A stretch of DNA of 64,000 bases from Chitinophagales bacterium (GTDB taxonomy: Bacteria > Bacteroidota > Bacteroidia > Chitinophagales > UBA8649). The notes under the pieces were generated by a model, which ran no database searches, was not told the origin of the DNA, and worked only from the letters and a program-made list of their open reading frames with translations. Made by a program: the position numbers and the translations under genes. This document shows, one piece after another, positions 57,574-64,000 of this stretch. Position 1 is the stretch's first letter, and each line of letters opens with the position of its first letter. The stretch is taken from positions 34,956-98,955 of the forward strand of contig JBMYZU010000008.1 in NCBI GenBank assembly GCA_049610685.1, written 5' to 3'.

Positions 57574-59427
57574 TTAAGCCGAATAATCAATCTCCAAGCC
57601 AAGATCATCGATGAAATTTCGCATTGCTGGATTCTTATTGTGCATTAACTCGGCTGTTTTTTTTGCGTTCTGTAAGACGCCCTTCTTTTCCTGCTTCCCT
57701 TGTTGTGCATAAACTATGGAAAGCGTTGGTGCATCGGATAATCTTGCTTGGATGTAGTTATTGATGGATCCCATGTGCGTTTCAATAAAATCCCTTTGCG
57801 CACTAGCTGTCGCGGTAAAAATCAAATTATCATCTTCTAGGGAGGTATTGAGTTTGGCTAAAATACTTGCCACCGACTGTTGGTCATTTTGTTTTAGGTA
57901 TTCCTCTACTTGGGCAAGAATGGATTCGATTTTTCCATCCCAAGCAGTCTTTTGTACGCTTTCTTCGGGAGTGGGAGTCTTCTTCTCTGTTTTCGGACGA
58001 AGAATTTCCTCGGTATCCAAATCCTCTAGGCTTAGGCGTTTGCCGGTTATTGGGGCCGAGGTAGTTGACTTGCTCTCGATAGATACATCCTCTTCACCGG
58101 CGTCTACGTCGGGTTGGGTGCTGGTGGTCTCTTTAGTATGGATGTTAGTTTGTTCCTCGGTCCGTTCATGCTCTTTAGCGCGGGTAGGTACCTCCTCTAA
58201 TAAGTCCTTACGTTCAAGGGGTTCGGGTGCATCCGAAGTTTTGTTGTCTGGTGAGTTAGTGCTGTAGTCTTGAAAAGATTCATCGGATTGAGGCGATGGG
58301 GCAGTACGAGGCGTCGTATCTAACTCAGCCGTTTTTTTTTTAATCGCTTCTCCTTCTATTACTTGCGATGCATGTGCGATTCGAATTAAGCATACTTCCA
58401 CATGTAAGCGCTTGTTAAGTGCTCTTTGATAGCTCACTTCTGTGTCATTGATTAAGGCAAGGGCATTGATTAGGAAGGATGGGGTTGCAAGCTCAGCTTG
58501 TTCAGAGGCTCTTTGTATCTTTTTTTTACTTCCCACCATAAGCGAATGCAAGCGTGCATCTTTTGCGATGAGCAAAGTGCGAATATATTCGGCCAAACCT
58601 TGGATGAAGGTATCTCCTTCAAATCCTTGTTCAAGCACTTCATTAAATAGAGAAATAGCCCTTCCATGATCATTGGTCATTAGACTTTCTGTAACTGTAG
58701 AAAACGTCGACCAATCAAGTAGGTTAAGTTGATGTAAAACGGTGGCTTGAGTCAGCGTGCTCTGGTCTAACCCCGCAACCAGTCGGTCAAAAACTGATAA
58801 TGCATCACGCAAAGCGCCATCGGCGGACTCTGCTATGAGGTGGTAAGCTTCTTCTTCTACCTCGTATTGTTCAGCCTGGGCAACATGCTTAAGTTGTTTT
58901 ATAATCGATGGAACGCTAATTCGTTTGAAATCAAAGATTTGACACCGGGATAGTATGGTCGGCAGAATCTTGTGCTTTTCAGTTGTTGCTAGAATGAATA
59001 TGGCGTAGGGTGGGGGCTCCTCTAACGTTTTTAAAAAGGCATTGAATGCTGCTTGAGATAGCATGTGAACCTCATCAATGATATAGATTTTGTATCGACC
59101 AGTTTGAGGAGGAATGCGAACCTGTTCCATCAAGTTGCGCATGTCTTCTACCTTGTTGTTTGACGCGGCGTCGAGCTCGAAGATATTGAAGGAAAAGTCT
59201 TCGTCTTCTTCCGATAGACCATCTATTTTTCCTAGGTTAACTGCCTTTGCTAGGATTCGGGCGGTAGTCGTTTTACCGACACCTCGCGGACCACAAAACA
59301 AAAAAGCTTGGGCAATCTTTTCAGCTGTAATTGCGCGAGAAAGCGTTTCGGTAATACTTTCTTGGCCCACAACTTCTTTGAACTCTTTCGGTCTATATTT
59401 CCTTGCTGAGACGATAAATTGGCCCAT
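57574..59427 (-). CDS. dnaX: DNA polymerase III subunit gamma/tau
   Basis: Walker A GPRGVGKTT, Walker B IYIIDEVHML, and the SRC-type motif LSRCQ. A low-complexity linker separates these from a C-terminal tau-specific region. Confidence 0.96.
   Translation of the reverse strand: MGQFIVSARKYRPKEFKEVVGQESITETLSRAITAEKIAQAFLFCGPRGVGKTTTARILAKAVNLGKIDGLSEEDEDFSFNIFELDAASNNKVEDMRNLMEQVRIPPQTGRYKIYIIDEVHMLSQAAFNAFLKTLEEPPPYAIFILATTEKHKILPTILSRCQIFDFKRISVPSIIKQLKHVAQAEQYEVEEEAYHLIAESADGALRDALSVFDRLVAGLDQSTLTQATVLHQLNLLDWSTFSTVTESLMTNDHGRAISLFNEVLEQGFEGDTFIQGLAEYIRTLLIAKDARLHSLMVGSKKKIQRASEQAELATPSFLINALALINDTEVSYQRALNKRLHVEVCLIRIAHASQVIEGEAIKKKTAELDTTPRTAPSPQSDESFQDYSTNSPDNKTSDAPEPLERKDLLEEVPTRAKEHERTEEQTNIHTKETTSTQPDVDAGEEDVSIESKSTTSAPITGKRLSLEDLDTEEILRPKTEKKTPTPEESVQKTAWDGKIESILAQVEEYLKQNDQQSVASILAKLNTSLEDDNLIFTATASAQRDFIETHMGSINNYIQARLSDAPTLSIVYAQQGKQEKKGVLQNAKKTAELMHNKNPAMRNFIDDLGLEIDYSA
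58332..58341 (-). other. A10 homopolymer (candidate slippery site) inside dnaX at codons 363-366
   Basis: The coding strand reads ATT AAA AAA AAA ACG GCT GAG TTA G. The -1 frame gives AAC GGC TGA and the +1 frame gives CGG CTG AGT TAG, so either shift terminates almost at once. Confidence 0.4.
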
Positions 59428-59800
59428 GCCATGAAAGTAGGTATAAATCTCAGATTTGTGTCTTACGTATGTCGAGCTTTATGCACAAAAAATTAGCAAA
59501 TAGTGCGGGCTCATCGTGTCTCAACAAAAAAAGTTTCATTTTTCTTGATTTTTTTTAAATCGCTAGCGATCCTCTAGGACCCAGTTAATATGATTTATGA
59601 GTATTTGATTGATAGCATGTTACATATTGATCCTTTTTATATATATGAAAAATTCTATGTATAAGTGTTGTAAAACATTGAAATACAGTGATTTGAGTCT
59701 CCGTTTTTTAGTGATTTTATGCAAAATTCTCTTACCTTAGTTCTCGATGAGAGAAATGGTTTACAGATTAGTGGCGACGTATAGAATAGTAAGGAAAGGG

Positions 59801-60661
59801 ATGCGTTTGGAAAATATCCGATGGTCCTTTTTCTTATTTATCATGTCATGGGGCCTTATGGTACAGGCTCAGTATAACAAAAACTTATCGTCTAAAGAAT
59901 TAAGCTTAGGGTTTGGTGGGATGAATTATCTGGGAGATATTTCCATGGATGGCCAGCGGGGTTTCTTTGGGGGAGTGGATATGCAAGCCACTCGTCCTAT
60001 GCTTGCACTTTCTTACCGTCATAACTATCATGCCCACATAGGAGGCCGAATCACGACAACTATAGGACAGATTTGTGGGAATGATCAATGGGGTAAGGGA
60101 AGCAATGCTCATCGAAATTTGCATTTTAAATCCCTTATAGCCGACTTTAGTGCGCAAGTGGAGTTCAATCTCCTACCATATCATCCAGGCCACTTTAAGT
60201 TTAAAGCAACACCTTTTGTGGCTTTGGGTTTTGGTGGAATGTACTTTAATCCAAAAGCCGAGTTGAATGGTGAATGGATTGCGCTACAGCCTTTAGGTAC
60301 TGAGGGTCAGCATTTGGATAAATATTGGGATCGCCCGCAATACCTTAGAATGGCGCTTACCGTGCCGGTTAATATGGGAGTTAAATGGAGTATAAATCAT
60401 CATTGGAGCATGGCGACGGAGTTTGGCTTCCGTTACGTCTTCTCTGATTATGTAGATGATGTTAGTGGTTATTATGCTGATGTGAGCCTCTTTGATGCGA
60501 GCGCTCATCCTGATGCATCTCTGGCTAGACAACTGAGTTATCGCGGCTCAGCATCGATGGAAGGCAGCGTATTGGAACAAACTCTACGTGGCAATCCATC
60601 GAACCGCGATCATATGTTCTTTGTAATGTTTTCGCTTACGCGCAAATTGGGAGGGTTCTAG
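59801..60661 (+). CDS. outer-membrane beta-barrel protein, DUF6089-like
   Basis: Start set at the ATG at 59801 (MRLENIRWSFFLFIMSWGLMVQAQ, a signal peptide). The motif LGFGGMNYLGDIS and the alternating beta-strand pattern match DUF6089 as I remember it. Confidence 0.6.
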   Translation: MRLENIRWSFFLFIMSWGLMVQAQYNKNLSSKELSLGFGGMNYLGDISMDGQRGFFGGVDMQATRPMLALSYRHNYHAHIGGRITTTIGQICGNDQWGKGSNAHRNLHFKSLIADFSAQVEFNLLPYHPGHFKFKATPFVALGFGGMYFNPKAELNGEWIALQPLGTEGQHLDKYWDRPQYLRMALTVPVNMGVKWSINHHWSMATEFGFRYVFSDYVDDVSGYYADVSLFDASAHPDASLARQLSYRGSASMEGSVLEQTLRGNPSNRDHMFFVMFSLTRKLGGF

Positions 60662-60663
60662 AT

Positions 60664-60681
60664 ACCAAACGACCGTTTGGT
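60664..60681. promoter_or_regulatory. perfect inverted repeat ACCAAACG-AC-CGTTTGGT upstream of the TetR gene (candidate operator)
   Basis: Two 8-nt arms with a 2-nt spacer. It lies 3 nt after the upstream stop codon and ends 30 nt before the TetR ATG at 60712. Confidence 0.45.
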
Positions 60682-60711
60682 TTATGGTTCTTGTTGGTGT
60701 ATATTCACAAT

Positions 60712-61278
60712 ATGCCACGGCAAAAAGTAGATGAGAAGACCATTATTAAGGAAGCGTTGAAGCTTTTTAGACAAAAGAGCTATCATGCGACTTCTATGGC
60801 TGATATTGCCATGGCGTGTGGGTTACTCAAGGGTAGTTTGTATCACTACTTTAATTCCAAAGAAGACCTTATGATTAAGGTCATTGAGAGTGTCCATACC
60901 TTTTTTGCTGAGACCGTATTTACCATTGCTTATAATCATAGCTTGGATGCCGTGGACAGAATGGATTTGATCTTCACAGAAGCTGAAAAAATCTTCGTGG
61001 ACCAAGAATCTGGTGAGATATTGGGTAATGTTGGTGTTGAAACTGCATTAAGTATGCCCGAATTTCAGCCAACTATTCAAGCTTTCTTTTCGGATTATTT
61101 CAAAGCGATCAAAGAAGTATACCGGTCGAAGTATGATGAAGGAATGGCCAACGAGTTGGCTGAACGAAGCGTCTCTGAGATTCAAGGTGCGCTCACCCTA
61201 AGCCGTATCTTCAATGATGAGAAGTTTATAAAAAATACTCATTTGCGGACGGTTGCTCGACTTCGTAATCACGCGTAA
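60712..61278 (+). CDS. TetR/AcrR family transcriptional regulator
   Basis: N-terminal HTH: ALKLFRQKSYHATSMADIAMACGLLKGSLYHYFNSKEDL. Start trimmed to MPRQKVDEK. Confidence 0.9.
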   Translation: MPRQKVDEKTIIKEALKLFRQKSYHATSMADIAMACGLLKGSLYHYFNSKEDLMIKVIESVHTFFAETVFTIAYNHSLDAVDRMDLIFTEAEKIFVDQESGEILGNVGVETALSMPEFQPTIQAFFSDYFKAIKEVYRSKYDEGMANELAERSVSEIQGALTLSRIFNDEKFIKNTHLRTVARLRNHA

Positions 61279-61497
61279 GCGCGTCAAAGTTTTACAGACA
61301 AGTCACCTAGGTGATGCAAGGTAAAAGCTCTTGGCAAGCTAGTTTTCATTTCTTTCACATTTTGTTATGACATTTCATACATACTAGTTTGTCAGGAGCT
61401 TTCTTGTTTTGGTGAATTGTTATTTCGTTGATAAGTCTTATTCCTTTTAGATTATCCTGCAATCGACCTTGATTATTTTCACGGACAAACAAAGGCT

Positions 61498-62460
61498 ATG
61501 ATGTTACAAGGATTGGACTGGAGTGCATTACCTAAGAAAGATACCCGTTCTGGTTTTGGAGCTGCTATGGATGAATTAGGGTTGACTAATCCTGATGTTG
61601 TAGCGCTTTGTGCTGATTTAACGGGTTCATTAAAGTTGAATGATTTTGCGAAAAACTTTCCTGAACGATTTATTCAGTGCGGCATTGCCGAGGCAAACAT
61701 GATGGGTATCGCTGCGGGCCTAACTATCGGTGGGAAAATTCCTTTTGCAACTACTTTTGCCAATTTTGCTACTGGACGTGTGTATGATCAGATTCGTCAA
61801 TCGATAGCTTACTCGGGCAAAAATGTGAAAATATGTGCTTCTCATGCTGGGTTAACCCTTGGAGAAGATGGCGCTACACATCAAATCCTTGAGGATATTG
61901 GTCTTATGCAAATGTTACCAGGCATGGTAGTGATCAATACATGCGATTACAATCAGACCAAGGCCGCGACGTTGGCAATTGCCGAATATGATGGTCCGGT
62001 ATATCTTCGTTTTGGTCGTCCCAAAGTCAGTGTCTTTATGCCAGAAGATGCTCCTTTTACGATAGGAAAGGCATTGCATCTTAGAGAAGGGTCAGATATC
62101 AGTATATTTTGTACCGGGCATTTGGTGGAAGAGAGTCTAAAAGCGGCTGACGAATTAGCGGGAGTCGGTATTTCATGTGATGTGGTGAACATTCATACGA
62201 TCAAGCCTTTAGATCGCGAGGCAATTCTTACGTCCCTGGGGAAAACAGGTAGAGGAATTGTCGCTGAGGAACATCAACGATTAGGCGGTCTGGGCAGTGC
62301 CGTCGCACAAGTTTGTGCAGAGGAGATGCCTTGTCCTCTTCAGTTTGTCGCTGTACAAGATAGCTTTGGAGAAAGTGGTAAACCAGCTGATCTAATGAAA
62401 AAGTATGGTATTGCGCAAGCTGATGTTGTTGCTGCGGCAAAGCAATGCCTCAGTCGATAG
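61498..62460 (+). CDS. transketolase family protein, C-terminal (pyrimidine-binding plus C-terminal domain) subunit
   Basis: Contains RFIQCGIAEANMMGIAAGL, GEDGATHQ and a transketolase_C domain. At 320 aa it has the size typical of the C-terminal half of a split transketolase. Confidence 0.9.
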   Translation: MMLQGLDWSALPKKDTRSGFGAAMDELGLTNPDVVALCADLTGSLKLNDFAKNFPERFIQCGIAEANMMGIAAGLTIGGKIPFATTFANFATGRVYDQIRQSIAYSGKNVKICASHAGLTLGEDGATHQILEDIGLMQMLPGMVVINTCDYNQTKAATLAIAEYDGPVYLRFGRPKVSVFMPEDAPFTIGKALHLREGSDISIFCTGHLVEESLKAADELAGVGISCDVVNIHTIKPLDREAILTSLGKTGRGIVAEEHQRLGGLGSAVAQVCAEEMPCPLQFVAVQDSFGESGKPADLMKKYGIAQADVVAAAKQCLSR

Positions 62461-62553
62461 CAGCTATCTTCTTGTACAATTTTTTGGAATGTCCATTCGT
62501 TCTGCTCTATAAACGGCCTGTAGTTTTGGCACGATTATAGTCATCTTCGCTTT

Positions 62554-62964
62554 ATGAAATCTTTTCTCTTAGCTTCTGCTGTTCTAATCGGTATGGGCTC
62601 GACGCTATACACGTCTTGGGTAAATGAAACGACAGTAGATCTCAATAATGAATCTTCTAACTCCATGGAATTCCTCGCGGATACAGGGTCAATCGTTTAT
62701 GAATCTCGCGGTGATGAGAATATGGGAAAGGAGCGCATGACCCGTAAGATCAAGATGAATGGCAAGGTATCTTGGGTTTATTGGAGTGAAGCATTAGGTC
62801 AAAGGAATCTTGGATATGTCTACGAAGATGGGTATGAGTACGTTTACTTTTCTGGTAATAGCAAGAGCAAGTATAAGCTCATTAGAGATCGTTGTGGTTT
62901 TACCTGTGTTCATCCTGACGGGGATACTCAATTCTATCGCCAGGTAAAGCCTGCTTGTCGGTAG
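62554..62964 (+). CDS. small secreted protein carrying the same three-Cys C-terminal domain as 10135..11337
   Basis: Signal/anchor sequence MKSFLLASAVLIGMG. Residues 47-136 align with the C-terminus of the 400-aa lipoprotein (GD..MGKE.M.R, W.Y, EYVYF, RCGFTC.HP.G.TQFY.QV.P.CR). Confidence 0.65.
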   Translation: MKSFLLASAVLIGMGSTLYTSWVNETTVDLNNESSNSMEFLADTGSIVYESRGDENMGKERMTRKIKMNGKVSWVYWSEALGQRNLGYVYEDGYEYVYFSGNSKSKYKLIRDRCGFTCVHPDGDTQFYRQVKPACR

Positions 62965-62969
62965 ATGCT

Positions 62970-63473
62970 TTAATATACTTTAGCCTCCCAAACCGTATTG
63001 GGCTCAAGCGCTCGAATCACTAGCGTATTGGCTGATAAACTAATCCAAACATCACTGAGGTTGTTCGGTTGGCGGAAATACCATTCATTAAGTACGTTGC
63101 CTTGATTGGCATAGTTGGGCAGCCCATAAAAATCATAGGCCATCTTGTAGGCATCTAGAGTCGATGAAAACATTAGATCTACTTGATACAGCGGTTTGTC
63201 ACCGTCTAAATCATAGGTGAGTACTACTGATTTAATGCTCAAAACTTCCTCATCTCTCTTGACATAGCGAATACTTACAAAATCAATCTCATTAATGCGC
63301 TCATACTCGTGACTTTGTAATTGTATGACATCTAGAGAATCAGAGAAATTTACATCGACCATGATATCAGGAATCGCTGGCCCCTCAAGCATTGGTTGTG
63401 CGTAGAGCGATTTTACACACAGAAAAGTCCCAATGATGTAGAGAAAATATGGAATGTAGCTTCTGTTAATCAT
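62970..63473 (-). CDS. hypothetical secreted protein (167 aa)
   Basis: Signal peptide ending in SLYAQ. It is convergent with the previous gene, with a 5-nt gap, and I recognise no family. Confidence 0.5.
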   Translation of the reverse strand: MINRSYIPYFLYIIGTFLCVKSLYAQPMLEGPAIPDIMVDVNFSDSLDVIQLQSHEYERINEIDFVSIRYVKRDEEVLSIKSVVLTYDLDGDKPLYQVDLMFSSTLDAYKMAYDFYGLPNYANQGNVLNEWYFRQPNNLSDVWISLSANTLVIRALEPNTVWEAKVY

Positions 63474-63646
63474 AGAATCAAGGCCTATACTACTGTATTA
63501 CGATAAATACAGGGCTGAAGATTCAGAATCTATGGTAAAGAGACCACAACGGGTTATATTTTTCTTTAAGGATGTATAAAAGATAGATAATCAATGGACT
63601 TACATATGACGACTAAGATCCTTATGATCTATGCACTCTCTGATAT

Positions 63647-64000
63647 TTACCTTTTTTCTTCAAAGTTTTCAATCTCTTCTCGGAGCCATTGAGGTATCTC
63701 AATAGTTTTACGACTCACTGTGTCAAACATGATTTGCGTTGTTTTTCCGCTGCTGTGGAGTAGGGGTTGATCCTTACTTCCGCTGCATACGGCATATTCA
63801 AGAACAAAGCTCTTCGTTCCGAAGGAGTGTGTTCGTACAAGGACACGAGCTGCATTATGAAGCATGGTAAGTTCCTTGTAGAAAGTGGCCTGGACATCTC
63901 CTACTAAAAACATATTTTTAGTCCAATCCCAGGTCTTACTAGCCTTTAGCATGTAATGACTTCGGCCAAATTCAAAGTAGGTAATGAAAATTGCATTATT
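63647..64000 (-). CDS. acyl-CoA thioesterase, 4HBT/YbgC-like (N-terminus lies outside the window)
   Basis: The frame stays open upstream of the track ATG at 63952 to the window end (...NAIFITYFEFGRSHYMLKA...), which matches the hotdog-fold thioesterase helix region. Confidence 0.65.
   Translation of the reverse strand, partial: NNAIFITYFEFGRSHYMLKASKTWDWTKNMFLVGDVQATFYKELTMLHNAARVLVRTHSFGTKSFVLEYAVCSGSKDQPLLHSSGKTTQIMFDTVSRKTIEIPQWLREEIENFEEKR

Noticed and set aside
57761-58267. A 168-aa plus-strand ORF antisense to dnaX.
   Set aside because: It lies opposite the low-complexity tau linker of a confidently identified dnaX. It has no start context or motif support.
58519-58527. A second slippery-looking motif in dnaX, AGT AAA AAA AAG, which contains the E. 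coli-type heptamer A AAA AAG at codons 301-303. The -1 frame stops after 5 codons.
   Set aside because: A shift here would truncate the protein in the middle of domain III of the clamp-loader core, giving a product unlikely to function. Lys-codon runs arise easily by chance. The A10 site at codon 363 is far better placed.
59428-59746. I looked for an SRP (4.5S/ffs) RNA or another structured RNA upstream of dnaX, as occurs in some Firmicutes.
   Set aside because: The region is AT-rich and lacks the conserved SRP domain IV helix motifs or any extended GC-rich pairing that I could see by eye. A covariance-model scan is still needed for certainty.
1-64000. I scanned the whole window for mobile elements, CRISPR arrays, tRNA or rRNA genes and classical defence genes.
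   Set aside because: I recognised no transposase, integrase or recombinase ORFs, no short regularly spaced repeats, no T-loop-like GGTTCGAATCC motif outside coding sequence, and no nuclease, helicase or methylase clusters. The window looks like core chromosome.

Overview
This is a gene-dense stretch of what looks like a Bacteroidota chromosome, with about 50 CDS and more than 90% of the sequence coding. The phylum call rests on a PorP/SprF type IX secretion (T9SS) membrane protein, two proteins with gliding-motility type-B C-terminal sorting domains, SprB-type repeats, fused E1 alpha/beta 2-oxoacid dehydrogenases and an alternative GlmU-like hexapeptide protein. Most genes are core housekeeping: typA, dnaK, panB, argS, rlmD, radA, tatC, rpiB, dnaE, trxA, fabH, tpiA, prmA, dnaX, two SurA-like PPIases and a MoxR ATPase.

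I found no rRNA or tRNA genes, CRISPR arrays, transposases, integrases or an obvious defence island. I cannot demonstrate a clear-cut novel system from sequence alone. The most interesting items are:
- An A10 slippery run in dnaX at the domain III boundary, with stop codons within 3-4 codons in both alternative frames. It could produce a gamma subunit alongside tau.
- A roughly 90-aa, three-cysteine C-terminal domain shared by two otherwise unrelated secreted proteins 51 kb apart.
- A tightly coupled operon of T9SS type-B cargo, PorP/SprF and OmpA-TPR-PD40, with a second, giant type-B cargo (1754 aa) 1.6 kb away that has no PorP of its own.
- A 1489-aa secreted protein with no motif I can recognise.
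- A TetR gene preceded by a perfect 8+8 inverted repeat.
- A 48-aa DUF2256 zinc-ribbon gene that the ORF track missed.

Several ORF-track starts are N-terminal over-extensions. I trimmed them to conserved N-termini or to lipoprotein signal peptides.
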